IMG/VR virus record: IMGVR_UViG_3300042868_009434
Source: a virus
Lineage: Duplodnaviria > Heunggongvirae > Uroviricota > Caudoviricetes
DNA length: 64,000 nt
Strand: one strand, 5' to 3'
A program made the position numbers and the translations under genes. Under the pieces are notes generated by a model. It saw only the letters and a program-made list of their open reading frames with translations. It was not told the origin of the DNA and made no database searches. Positions 48,042 through 57,968 of the stretch are shown here, piece after piece (position 1 is the first letter of the stretch; each line of letters opens with the position of its first letter).

Positions 48042-49094
48042 ATGGAAAATTCGTTAGAAGAAAAAGTAAAACAATCCATTCAAACATTAAAAGACAAACA
48101 AGCAAGAATTTATCTATTAGTTCAAGACACTAAAGGTAATGCAAGAGCTTCTGTCCGTTATATGTATCAAATGGGAAAAACATTAAAAGACAATGGGTTT
48201 AACCCAATCATACTTCATGAAAAAGCTGATTATGCAGGTGTTGTCGCATGGTTAAGTGAAGAGTATATGGAGTTACCTCATAAAGCCATTGAAGGTCAAA
48301 ACTTGGAAATATCTCCTGAAGATTTTTTAGTTATACCTGAAGTATTTGGTTATGTTATGGACCAAGTAAAACAATTACCATGTGCTAAAATTGTATTAAC
48401 ACAATCTTACGCATATATGTTGGAGACATTACAACCAGGTCAAACTTGGGCACAATTTGGGTTTATGAAATGTATCACAACTAATAACAAACAAAAAGAT
48501 TATATTGAGAAAGTTATGAGAAATTGTTCTTTTGATATTCTTGAACCTTATATTAGTGAGTCATTTGAACCTAAATCTTTACCACCAATGCCAATTATTG
48601 GTATTCATACTAAAGACCAAAGTGATGCAGTTAATTTAATTAAAACGTTTTATTTAAAATTTCCACAATATCGTTGGTTTACATTTAGAGATTTACGAGG
48701 TTTGTCTGAAACTGAATTTGCAAATTCACTTAAGGATTGTTTTGTAAGTGTTTGGGTCGATAACGAAAGTGGTTTTGGAACATTCCCATTAGAATCTATG
48801 AAATGTAATGTACCGGTTATTGGTAAAGTACCTAATTTACCGCCTAGTTGGATGAATGAAGATAATGGAATATGGATAACGGACCAAACGTTACTTGCAG
48901 ATGTTGTTGCAGATTTCATTCAAAATTGGTTAGAAGATAACATTAAACCTGAAGTTTATGAAGAAATGAAAAAAACATCAGAACAATTTTCAGATAAACA
49001 AAAATTCGAATCAACTGTAGTTACCCTATTTGAAGGTTATTTAAACACAAGAGCTGACGCATTCGAACAACAAATAACAAAAACAGAAGAATAA
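48042..49094 (+). CDS. GT-B glycosyltransferase-like protein
   Basis: D.LVIPE and SGFGTFPLESM.C..PVIG (GT4-like donor-binding motif). Confidence 0.7.
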   Translation: MENSLEEKVKQSIQTLKDKQARIYLLVQDTKGNARASVRYMYQMGKTLKDNGFNPIILHEKADYAGVVAWLSEEYMELPHKAIEGQNLEISPEDFLVIPEVFGYVMDQVKQLPCAKIVLTQSYAYMLETLQPGQTWAQFGFMKCITTNNKQKDYIEKVMRNCSFDILEPYISESFEPKSLPPMPIIGIHTKDQSDAVNLIKTFYLKFPQYRWFTFRDLRGLSETEFANSLKDCFVSVWVDNESGFGTFPLESMKCNVPVIGKVPNLPPSWMNEDNGIWITDQTLLADVVADFIQNWLEDNIKPEVYEEMKKTSEQFSDKQKFESTVVTLFEGYLNTRADAFEQQITKTEE

Positions 49095-49095
49095 T

Positions 49096-49902
49096 ATGGA
49101 AAACAAATTATCACTTTCAATTATATTACCAATTAAATCCTCAAAAGTGAAAGATTTTGAAGATTATTTTAACAAAGCAATTGAGTCTATTAAAAACCAA
49201 CAAGTTGGTATTGAGGAATTAGTTATTATACACACTCCGGAAGAGTCGTTAGTGTCTCATTTAAATGGATATGATTTTGGAGAATTAACCGTTACTAAAT
49301 TACTTTGGGATAAAGACCCAAGTTATATGGACCAAGTTAATTACGGAATTAAAAATGCTAAAGGTAAATGGGTTTCATTGTTTGAGTTTGATGACGAGTA
49401 CTCATCAATTTGGTTTAAAAATGTTAAAACATATTCCGAGGCTTATCCTGAAATACAAATGTTTTTACCTGTAGTTGTTGAAACTGACGATAAAGGGGTA
49501 TTTGCGGGGTTCACAAATGAAGCAACATTTGCTGCTAACTTTACTCAAGAGGTTGGATTTTTAACTAATGACACATTACAAAATTATCAGAATTTTCAAA
49601 CTGCCGGTTCAGTATTTAAGAAAGAAATCATTGAAGATTTTGGTGGTTTCAAATCATCAATTAAATTAACATTTATTTACGAATTTTTATTAAGGTTAAC
49701 GTATAATTCAGTTTCAATTATGACTATCCCTAAACTTGGTTATAAACATATCAATATGAGGGAAGGTTCAATATTTTGGAATTATAAGTTTGGAGAATCT
49801 GTAATGACAGAAGATGAGGTTAAGTTTTGGATACAAACAGCAAAACGAGAATATTTCTTCGTTGAGGATAGAGCCATAAAATATGAACTATCAAATGAGT
49901 AA
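49096..49902 (+). CDS. GT2-like glycosyltransferase
   Basis: LSIILP, N.GI..AKG.W and FEFDD. Confidence 0.7.
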   Translation: MENKLSLSIILPIKSSKVKDFEDYFNKAIESIKNQQVGIEELVIIHTPEESLVSHLNGYDFGELTVTKLLWDKDPSYMDQVNYGIKNAKGKWVSLFEFDDEYSSIWFKNVKTYSEAYPEIQMFLPVVVETDDKGVFAGFTNEATFAANFTQEVGFLTNDTLQNYQNFQTAGSVFKKEIIEDFGGFKSSIKLTFIYEFLLRLTYNSVSIMTIPKLGYKHINMREGSIFWNYKFGESVMTEDEVKFWIQTAKREYFFVEDRAIKYELSNE

Positions 49903-50649
49903 ATGCAAGAAACTCTATCTGCGTCAACAGAAGATGTTTTATCAAAAAAAAGAGGTAGGAAAACCGTTAACTTAAACTATTTTGCGGAAAGAGAAGAATT
50001 AGCAGTAAGAAATTTTTTAATTGCCGAAACCTTTGAGGAAAAAAATAAAATTTATAATGAATTTTTAAGAGCACCTCTAGATAAAATGATATCTTCTATT
50101 ATTAGACGATACAAATTATACCGTAAGGATATGAATTTTATTGAAATTCATACAGACACTCATTCTTTTTTAATGACTAAAGTTGATAAATTCAAACCGG
50201 CAAAAGAAAAGAAAGCATATTCATATTTTGGAACTATTTGTAAAAATTATCTAATGGGTCAAATAATTAAAGACCAAAAAGAAACAAATAGAAAAGTGTC
50301 TTATGAAGATATTTCCGCGAGTATTGAAGAAAGACCTGATATGATATATAGAATTGATGACGACATTGTTGATACAAATGCCGTTATCAATGAATATTTA
50401 AAAGAATTAAAATTATTCATAGATAAAGAATCCTTGAATGATAATGAAAAAAAATTAGGTTATGCTCTTATTGATTTATTCGATAATTACGAGGAAATTT
50501 TTTCGGGAGCGGACAACAATAAATTTAATAAAAATGTCATCCTTTTATCATTAAGAGAAATGACTAATTTAAGTACTAAAGAAATTCGTAGTTCAATTAA
50601 AAGATTTAAAAAACTTTACTTAATAATACAAATTAAAATGAAAAATTAA
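49903..50649 (+). CDS. Phage sigma-factor-like protein (candidate late sigma)
   Basis: Sigma-2-like segment KF.P....KAYSYFGTICKNYL resembling gp55-type factors; C-terminal helix-turn-helix-like LREMTNLSTKEIRSSIKR. Confidence 0.6.
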   Translation: MQETLSASTEDVLSKKRGRKTVNLNYFAEREELAVRNFLIAETFEEKNKIYNEFLRAPLDKMISSIIRRYKLYRKDMNFIEIHTDTHSFLMTKVDKFKPAKEKKAYSYFGTICKNYLMGQIIKDQKETNRKVSYEDISASIEERPDMIYRIDDDIVDTNAVINEYLKELKLFIDKESLNDNEKKLGYALIDLFDNYEEIFSGADNNKFNKNVILLSLREMTNLSTKEIRSSIKRFKKLYLIIQIKMKN

Positions 50650-50650
50650 T

Positions 50651-51220
50651 ATGGATAATTTAATAGAAACAATACCGGGATTAGGTTGGTCTCAGATAGA
50701 TAAAAGAGCTTTTGAACATGATGGATGTGTTGTTGATGTTGGATGTTATATGTGGGATTGGTCTAACTCTTTAATTGGAAAAAAAAGAATAGTTGGAGTT
50801 GACCCTTTGGAAGAAAATATACCTAATGGTGTTGAAATGTTTAAAGGTCTTTTAGGACCTTTTAATTGTGAATTACCAGTTACTGGTGAAGGTATTTCAT
50901 TATCTGTTGATAATCATTCGGATGATATCACATTAAAAAAATCACAAATGTTATCTTGGAAAACTTTTTGCAAAAAATTTAATATAGGTAAAATTTCAAT
51001 CTTAAAATTAAATATTGAAGGTTCTGAATATACATTATTGAATAGTATGGATACTGATGACTTTAATCAAATTGACCAAATTGCTGTTAGTTTTCACGAT
51101 TGGTTAAATCCTAAATATAAAAATTTAACAGAATCATCTTTAAATTTATTAAAAAATTCCGGTTTTAAAGTTGTTTCGATTTATGAACCTTACGGATGGT
51201 ATTTAGCAACCAAAGAATAA
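50651..51220 (+). CDS. FkbM-family SAM-dependent methyltransferase
   Basis: VVDVG, DP, ILKLNIEGSEY and Q..VSFH. Confidence 0.75.
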   Translation: MDNLIETIPGLGWSQIDKRAFEHDGCVVDVGCYMWDWSNSLIGKKRIVGVDPLEENIPNGVEMFKGLLGPFNCELPVTGEGISLSVDNHSDDITLKKSQMLSWKTFCKKFNIGKISILKLNIEGSEYTLLNSMDTDDFNQIDQIAVSFHDWLNPKYKNLTESSLNLLKNSGFKVVSIYEPYGWYLATKE

Positions 51221-51235
51221 AAATTAATTAAAAGG

Positions 51236-51242
51236 TATTTAT
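51236..51242 (+). promoter_or_regulatory. TATTTAT putative late promoter motif
   Basis: 4 nt before the ATG at 51247. Confidence 0.5.
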
Positions 51243-51246
51243 TATC

Positions 51247-51612
51247 ATGGCAAGACCTACAAGAAAAGAAATTAATTTTTCTAAAGATTCTATATTATCG
51301 CTTATGCAAGAAATCTATAATGAACTTGTTGAGCAAAGACAGACTGCAATTAGAATCCAAAACAAAATGTTGGCAATGTTGAAAGACCCTTCGGACATGA
51401 TAACTATTGGACCTGTAATTGAAAAACAACAAAAAATTGTTAATGATTGTGTTGAAAAGAAAATTAGTCTTTCTAAATTACAATCAAGTATTTGGGAAAA
51501 ATCTAATAATAATACTGAATCATTTTCAATGGCAGATTTGGATGAAGATTTATTAAATAATCTTATTGACAAAGATGTTTCTGAAGATTTAGAAAATTAT
51601 AAAATGAAATAA
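51247..51612 (+). CDS. Helical hypothetical protein (possibly terminase small subunit-like)
   Basis: 121-aa coiled-coil protein with an acidic tail behind a late motif; resemblance to TerS is weak. Confidence 0.3.
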   Translation: MARPTRKEINFSKDSILSLMQEIYNELVEQRQTAIRIQNKMLAMLKDPSDMITIGPVIEKQQKIVNDCVEKKISLSKLQSSIWEKSNNNTESFSMADLDEDLLNNLIDKDVSEDLENYKMK

Positions 51613-51613
51613 G

Positions 51614-53737
51614 ATGCAGAGTTTATCATCCAGTGCTCCACCACCATCATCCGGTGGAATGGTAGACCTAAATAATTCGGAAGAGTCCATAACGGCAAGA
51701 ATAAAGGCCTATAAAACTTATAGGGAAGTATCTGGTGCCGAAACAAAACTAAGAAAAACAAATGGGGATTCATTATCTAAATCTACTGCTCAATTAGCGA
51801 CACAACTTGATAAAATAAAAGACCTTCAAAAACGTTATTTAAAAGACCCTCCAAATTCAACCGATAAATTGTTAGATTTTTTGGGTGAAACACGAGGTAA
51901 TGGTAGTGAAACTACAAAATACCTTAGAACTAAAGTATTAGAAGTTGCAGCAAAAATAGAACCAAAAATAGCGGGTATTGTTAAAGAACAAACAATAAAG
52001 GCGTTAGGTTGTTCTCAAGAACAAACATATAAAGGACTATCAGTTAATTATAATCCTAATATAAGACCATTATCACAATTACCCGCAGGAGATGGAATTT
52101 ATATACCAATACAATCAATTGACTTTGCTTCAAGTTTAAAGTTATCTCCTAAAACTTCTTTTGGTCAGATTTTTTATGAAACTGAACAACCGTCTGCCAG
52201 TCCAATTTTTAGACCTTATGGTGGTACTAAAGCGTTTCCGATGAATAAACAATTGTATATTTTAACGGAATCTCAATATTCTAATCAATCGTTTGGACAG
52301 ATTAATGGTCAAACATATAAAGGTAAATCCGGAAGAAATTTATTTGATTTACAATACACCAAAACAAATAATTTAGGATTAACCGGTGATTTTTATCGTG
52401 TTGCATTAATTGATAGGTTAGATAATAATGGTAATGTTTCAAATAATGTTGGTGAGTTTTTATCTGATTATTATAGTACAATCAAATTAGTAGATTCAAC
52501 CGATATTGAAATGAGATTAATTAACTTATTATCAGGTGCGATTAGTATTAATTCACAAATCGGTAGTGGCCCTTTGTCATCTCAATCAAAATTTTTTATA
52601 ATTGCACAAAGAATTTTAGGGTTATGTTTTGATTCAAGACAAGAAATAGATGTTAGTGGTACTGCAAAAATTGCGGAATTAGATGGTGTTGATGATAGTT
52701 TTTTTGAATTAACCGAAATTGACTTAAGAAATATCGACAACGAAATTTCTAATGTTCAAAATGGGGTTATGGAATTTGAAGATTGTGAGAACGTAAAATT
52801 ACCCGTAGATACTCAAGTATTAATTGACCAACTTATTAATTTTAGAGACGAGTTGAGTGGTCAAACTACTCAACAACAAGTTGCTTCAATGTCAAATATT
52901 ATTGACTCAATTTCACAAAACCCTAAATGGGACCCTTTAATACCTTCTAATTTTAATGCATCTGTCGCCATTGATAAAAATGTTATTAAACAAATACCAA
53001 TGGCGGTTGCGTCAGCGGTATTATCACCTAAAGTTTTATTACCATTATACACATTAATGGCAACGGTACAATCGGCTGCAACTTACACTTATAATCAAAA
53101 TGTTACAAGTGCTAATACAGTAATTCAATCAGGTAATACAGTCGGGGGTGAGGCAAGTAATGTTGTTACAAGTGGTGCCGATTTTTTAAACAAATTTAGA
53201 ACATTTTCAATTCAAACAATATCTTTAATTAACAATGAATTTTTAAAGATACTATTCCAAGAATTAAAAAAAGACATTTTAAATTTAGTTGCAATTATCA
53301 TTAAAGATGTTAGCCAATCTAGTCGACTAAAAAAATATACGATTATTTTAAAATTAATACAAATTGTTTTAATAGTTGCACAATTAGTTAATGACTATCG
53401 AAAATGTAAATCTTTAATGAGTAATATACTCGCGTTATTAGACGCGGTAAATAATATTGGAATTAAACCACTAATTTCACGTTCGGAAATACCCGAAGCG
53501 TTAGTTAGATTCGCAGATTTTCTTCCAGGGTTTTCTCCTGAAAGAGCAACTATTAACACAATTCAACTTTTACAGGCGGTCGGAATCCCTACAGGAACTT
53601 TACCTGACGGTACTCCAAATTTAATGTTAATATATAATTTAGCATCAAATAGAGGTGTTACTAAAGAAAGAGCAGAAAACGAAAAAGTTGAGGTAGTAAT
53701 GAAAACCTTATATACCGGAATAGGAAAACCATTTTAA
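51614..53737 (+). CDS. Large hypothetical protein (probably tail/baseplate)
   Basis: 707-aa ORF upstream of the gp5-like gene. Confidence 0.45.
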   Translation: MQSLSSSAPPPSSGGMVDLNNSEESITARIKAYKTYREVSGAETKLRKTNGDSLSKSTAQLATQLDKIKDLQKRYLKDPPNSTDKLLDFLGETRGNGSETTKYLRTKVLEVAAKIEPKIAGIVKEQTIKALGCSQEQTYKGLSVNYNPNIRPLSQLPAGDGIYIPIQSIDFASSLKLSPKTSFGQIFYETEQPSASPIFRPYGGTKAFPMNKQLYILTESQYSNQSFGQINGQTYKGKSGRNLFDLQYTKTNNLGLTGDFYRVALIDRLDNNGNVSNNVGEFLSDYYSTIKLVDSTDIEMRLINLLSGAISINSQIGSGPLSSQSKFFIIAQRILGLCFDSRQEIDVSGTAKIAELDGVDDSFFELTEIDLRNIDNEISNVQNGVMEFEDCENVKLPVDTQVLIDQLINFRDELSGQTTQQQVASMSNIIDSISQNPKWDPLIPSNFNASVAIDKNVIKQIPMAVASAVLSPKVLLPLYTLMATVQSAATYTYNQNVTSANTVIQSGNTVGGEASNVVTSGADFLNKFRTFSIQTISLINNEFLKILFQELKKDILNLVAIIIKDVSQSSRLKKYTIILKLIQIVLIVAQLVNDYRKCKSLMSNILALLDAVNNIGIKPLISRSEIPEALVRFADFLPGFSPERATINTIQLLQAVGIPTGTLPDGTPNLMLIYNLASNRGVTKERAENEKVEVVMKTLYTGIGKPF

Positions 53738-53739
53738 AC

Positions 53740-53952
53740 ATGAAAAAAGAAGAATTTGAAAATATAATTAAAGAACAACCAAATCTTAAAGATTTACCTA
53801 ATCAAAAGTTAGTTGAATTTATGGATTTATTATCTTCAGATTTTGAAGGTACTAAAGAGAATATTATTAATTCAACTCGTTATTTAGATAAATTAGAAGA
53901 ATTATACAATAACACTTTAAAAGTATACCAAGAAAGAAATAACAATGAGTAG
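53740..53952 (+). CDS. Hypothetical coiled-coil protein
   Basis: 70-aa coupled ORF. Confidence 0.45.
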   Translation: MKKEEFENIIKEQPNLKDLPNQKLVEFMDLLSSDFEGTKENIINSTRYLDKLEELYNNTLKVYQERNNNE

Positions 53953-55453
53953 ACCAATATTTTTTCAATGTATTGTATTAGATAATCAAGACCCTCTAAT
54001 GCTTGGAAGAGTTAGGGCAAGAATTGTTACGGATAATTACGAAGACATATTAAAAAGTGTTGATAGCCCAAAATGGAATCCTGAAACAGACCCATGGTCC
54101 CCAAGAGACCCTTTAGTTTTTAATACATTATTACCTTATTTTGTTTATCAAGTACCAAAAATAAATGAGTTAATTCAAGTTTTTTATGTAAATAGAGATT
54201 TTAAATATCAAAATCAATATTACATACAAAATAGTTTTTCAAGTCCAAGAGCATCATATGGTGAGTTTAATTTTGGTGCGAATGTACATACCGGTACAGG
54301 GTTACAAATTCAAAATCCTCAAGATTTAAAAAATAAAGATGGTAGTTTAGCTAATTCAATATCTAACGGGGTTTTTCCTGAACCAGGTGATAATGCAATA
54401 TTAGGCCGTGGTAGTGCCGATTTAATTGTAAAACAAGATGAGGTTTTATTAAGGGCAGGTAAATTTACTGATAATACTTTACAACCAACAATACCACCAA
54501 CAGGTAACGAAAATAGAGGTTATTTACAATTGACTCGTTTTAGTAGTACTAAAGAAAGTTTGTCCCCTAAAACTTATTTTGAATTTAAAGACAGGGTAAT
54601 TTTAAATAATTATTTAATTGAATGGACATTATCAAACCCTGAAAATACTCAAAATAAATTTACAGGTTCGGTTTATTTATATCAATTAAAACCCGATTCA
54701 TCGGTTAACACCAAAAATTTAACGGTAGGGAGTGTTGTAAGTGAAAATTTAAAAAAATTAGTTTACACACAACAATTCACATTATTATCAAAGGTCGATA
54801 CAATAAAATTCATAAATGATTTTATTAAAACTTGTAATTCTAAAAATTTTAGTTCTACCGGTGATAGATTATTTCCATCTGTTGGTACAAAATTTCCAAT
54901 ATTTTTTAGACCAACAAATTTAATGTATAATAAGTTAAAGTCGAATAATTCCACCGAAGTTAAAAATGTCTCAGAAATATACAAAGCAACTAAATTAAAT
55001 AGTGCTGACCAAGGAGGTTATGGTATAATTATAAGTCAAGATGTAGTTAGTTTAACAACTCCATTAACACCTGTAAAAGTGGTTGTACCTCAATCAAGAG
55101 AAATTGTTGGTATGACAACCTATGGTGCTTTAGGTAGTGATGCTTTATTTTTACTTTCAAATACTTCTCAAATTCCGGGTAAAAACAAAATTAATTTAAA
55201 AGACACATTATATGGAATTTCTTCTGATGTATTTGCAAATGAAATAATTCCAAATACTTCAAGTATGGTTCGTGGTGAAGAACTTTTAGAGTTAATTAAT
55301 TTGATTGTTAGATTCTTAGTTAGTCATACCCACGCTTATCCTGGATTAGCACCAGTTAGTATAACAGAAGACGGTTCAAACGTTTCAAACATCTTACAAG
55401 AACTACAAAATGCATATACTAAAATACTTAATACAACTATTCGACTTAATTGA
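53945..55453 (+). CDS. Baseplate central spike, gp5/VgrG-like OB-fold protein
   Basis: N-terminal V.DNQDP..LGRVRARI, VP.I.E.. OB-fold motif and a C-terminal HTH (HxH) tip motif. Confidence 0.7.
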   Translation: MSRPIFFQCIVLDNQDPLMLGRVRARIVTDNYEDILKSVDSPKWNPETDPWSPRDPLVFNTLLPYFVYQVPKINELIQVFYVNRDFKYQNQYYIQNSFSSPRASYGEFNFGANVHTGTGLQIQNPQDLKNKDGSLANSISNGVFPEPGDNAILGRGSADLIVKQDEVLLRAGKFTDNTLQPTIPPTGNENRGYLQLTRFSSTKESLSPKTYFEFKDRVILNNYLIEWTLSNPENTQNKFTGSVYLYQLKPDSSVNTKNLTVGSVVSENLKKLVYTQQFTLLSKVDTIKFINDFIKTCNSKNFSSTGDRLFPSVGTKFPIFFRPTNLMYNKLKSNNSTEVKNVSEIYKATKLNSADQGGYGIIISQDVVSLTTPLTPVKVVVPQSREIVGMTTYGALGSDALFLLSNTSQIPGKNKINLKDTLYGISSDVFANEIIPNTSSMVRGEELLELINLIVRFLVSHTHAYPGLAPVSITEDGSNVSNILQELQNAYTKILNTTIRLN

Positions 55454-55470
55454 TATTTATAATTAAAAAG
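55454..55470 (+). promoter_or_regulatory. TATTTATAATTAAAAAG putative late promoter
   Basis: 17 nt identical to 30044-30060. Confidence 0.6.
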
Positions 55471-55474
55471 GTAA

Positions 55475-56977
55475 ATGTCAATTTTAAGGTCTTACATAGA
55501 TAAAAACAACACCATCATTTCAAACTCTTATGTTAATACAGGAAGGAACCCTGTTATTGAGTTAAATTTTGGTGCATCTGATTTAATAGTTCCCAACTTT
55601 GGTTATACAAGATTCATCTTTGATTTAGATTTATCTCTACTACGCCAAAACATCCAATCCGGAGTAATATCAACAGGATGTACTACGGGGATGACTCATA
55701 CACTAAACATGACTAACACATCTTCGTTTGACAATGAATTGTTAAATACATTCATGACTAACGAAAGAAGAAGAGCGACCTCATTTGATTTAATCTTATT
55801 TAGAATACCTCAAATATCCGGAACTACCGGAGGTGCTCAACAATGGGATGAAGGTGTTGGATATGACTATAATAATTTTAACTTATCTCAAGGAAGTGCT
55901 AATGGTACATCAACCCCATTAACATTTGTCGATAGTCGTGCATATTCATCAAGACCATCAAACTGGTATCAAACAACAACAATTAGTAATTGGTCACAAC
56001 CGGGTGTTTACGATAATAATAATCAAGGTATTGTAAATTATTCAGGTTTAACAATTGTTGCACAACAACATTTTGAATTAGGTAATGAAGATTTAAATAT
56101 GGATATGTCCGGTGAAATAAACGGAGTATTAAATGGAACTATTACCGGTGTGACAGGATGGGGATTGGCATATCTACCTCAACTTGAAAATATATCGGGT
56201 CTTACCGATAGTTATAGTGTTGCATTCTTTTCAAGACACACACAAACTTTTTACCAACCATTTCTACAAACAACGTATGATGATTTAATTCAAGACGACC
56301 GAAATATATTTTTAAAGAACCAAGAAAATAAATTGTTTTTATACATTTATCAAAATGGGGATTTAGTTAATTTAGATTCAGACCCGTTTGTTAGAATTGA
56401 AGACCGAAATGGTGATGTGGTTAGTGGTATGTCATCACTAAACACTTGTTTAAAGGCAAAAGGAGTTTATGAAGTTATAGTACCTAATGGATTTAGTGGA
56501 AGTCCGGCACCTTGTGTGTTCTACGATGTATGGTCAGGTTTGACAATTAATGGTCAGGCAATACCTAATGTCCAAAATCAATTTATTCTTCAAGAATACA
56601 ACGCAGGAATACAAATTGGGTCAACATCAAGAGAACCTCAAAAATACGGATTTGATTTCTATGGTATTTTACAAAATGAACAAATTCTTAATACGGACAT
56701 TAGAAAGGTTGGTGTGACAATTAAAAAGGCATACACCGGACAACAATTATTGTTGGACGTTTCATCTTTCTATAGAGTATATGTTAAAGAGGGAACTACT
56801 GAAGTTTTAGTTCAAGATTGGACACCTATCAATAGAACACCAAATGAATATTACTTTATGTTTGATATGAGGGATAAAATACCAAATCAATATTATGTTG
56901 ATATTCAAGTGAACACTTCAGGTGAAAAAGATACTTATAAGAAACAATTAACATTTAATATCGTAAATACAAAATAA
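55475..56977 (+). CDS. Virion structural protein (putative)
   Basis: 500 aa, beta-rich, behind a late motif and next to the spike gene. Confidence 0.45.
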   Translation: MSILRSYIDKNNTIISNSYVNTGRNPVIELNFGASDLIVPNFGYTRFIFDLDLSLLRQNIQSGVISTGCTTGMTHTLNMTNTSSFDNELLNTFMTNERRRATSFDLILFRIPQISGTTGGAQQWDEGVGYDYNNFNLSQGSANGTSTPLTFVDSRAYSSRPSNWYQTTTISNWSQPGVYDNNNQGIVNYSGLTIVAQQHFELGNEDLNMDMSGEINGVLNGTITGVTGWGLAYLPQLENISGLTDSYSVAFFSRHTQTFYQPFLQTTYDDLIQDDRNIFLKNQENKLFLYIYQNGDLVNLDSDPFVRIEDRNGDVVSGMSSLNTCLKAKGVYEVIVPNGFSGSPAPCVFYDVWSGLTINGQAIPNVQNQFILQEYNAGIQIGSTSREPQKYGFDFYGILQNEQILNTDIRKVGVTIKKAYTGQQLLLDVSSFYRVYVKEGTTEVLVQDWTPINRTPNEYYFMFDMRDKIPNQYYVDIQVNTSGEKDTYKKQLTFNIVNTK

Positions 56978-56978
56978 T

Positions 56979-57440
56979 ATGGCAAGAATAGTAAAATTAA
57001 CAGAATCAGATTTAACAAGATTAGTTGAGAAAGTTCTCAAAGAACAAGAAGTTGCTGATTATATGTTTTTCAGTAATCTACAACAAATTAAAAGACAATG
57101 TGAAGTATTGTTAGAAATGGACCCTCAACAAATTGATGAAATTATTAATGAAGGAGGACATGATTGGGCTGATGACCATGTAACTGAAGCTAAAAATAAT
57201 ATGGACCAAGTATTCGATTTCTTAATGAATGAAACAAAAAAAGAATATATTGATTACGAAGACATTACAGAAGGTAGAAAGAAAACCGGAACTAAATTAT
57301 GTGCAAGAGGTATGGCATCCGCCAAAGCTAAATATGACGTGTACCCCTCAGCTTATGCGAATGGACATGCTATTCAAGTATGTAAAGGTAAAATAAAAGG
57401 ACTTGATGGTAAAAAACATTGTTCAGGAGCATATTGTTAA
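56979..57440 (+). CDS. Hypothetical protein with KLTESDL leader and basic Cys domain
   Basis: MARIVKLTESDLTRLVEKVLKEQ...ITE-GRKKTGTKLCARG..AKAKYDVYPSAYANG..Q.CKG. Confidence 0.55.
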   Translation: MARIVKLTESDLTRLVEKVLKEQEVADYMFFSNLQQIKRQCEVLLEMDPQQIDEIINEGGHDWADDHVTEAKNNMDQVFDFLMNETKKEYIDYEDITEGRKKTGTKLCARGMASAKAKYDVYPSAYANGHAIQVCKGKIKGLDGKKHCSGAYC

Positions 57441-57445
57441 AAACT

Positions 57446-57476
57446 AAAAAAAACCTTCAAACTTGGAGGTTTTTTT
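57446..57476 (+). terminator. Rho-independent terminator
   Basis: CCTTC/GGAGG stem flanked by A- and T-tracts. Confidence 0.65.
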
Positions 57477-57503
57477 ATTTTATAAATTATTTTTTTATTA
57501 TGT

Positions 57504-57534
57504 TTTGGTAATATCAAAAATATGATTATCTTTG
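57504..57534 (+). promoter_or_regulatory. Bacteroidota housekeeping-type promoter
   Basis: TTTG(57504)-N19-TATCTTTG(57527), an exact match to TTTG-N19/21-TAnnTTTG. Confidence 0.75.
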
Positions 57535-57557
57535 TGGTGTTAAAAAATACTAAACAA

Positions 57558-57968
57558 ATGAGAAGATATTTTAAAAGATTATTTAAGAGATTATGTTTAA
57601 GAATCTATTTAAGATTTAAAAGCATATCAAGAACTAATATGTCGTCTGTTGATGCAAATGAAATTAAGTCCTCCGCGATTTGTAGAAAATTAATTGCACA
57701 TCCGGATTCAACTTTTTTAATTGCACCATTATCTCAGAAAAGATACATCAAAAATGATTCTTTAGGTGTGTTTATTGTTTTATCCAACAATAGAATTAAC
57801 ATTACCAATCACGTTTATAATTACGACGTTAATTTAAATCAAACTATTTCCGATAAACTAAATGGTATTTTTGATAAAAAAGTGGAAGCTTTACGTTTAA
57901 AATTTGAAACTGAAATTAAAAGTCAAATTAAACATTCGTTAACCACAATACTTGAAAGACTAACCTAA
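57558..57968 (+). CDS. Hypothetical early protein
   Basis: The track start at 57522 lies inside the promoter, so the ATG at 57558 is preferred. Confidence 0.55.
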   Translation: MRRYFKRLFKRLCLRIYLRFKSISRTNMSSVDANEIKSSAICRKLIAHPDSTFLIAPLSQKRYIKNDSLGVFIVLSNNRINITNHVYNYDVNLNQTISDKLNGIFDKKVEALRLKFETEIKSQIKHSLTTILERLT

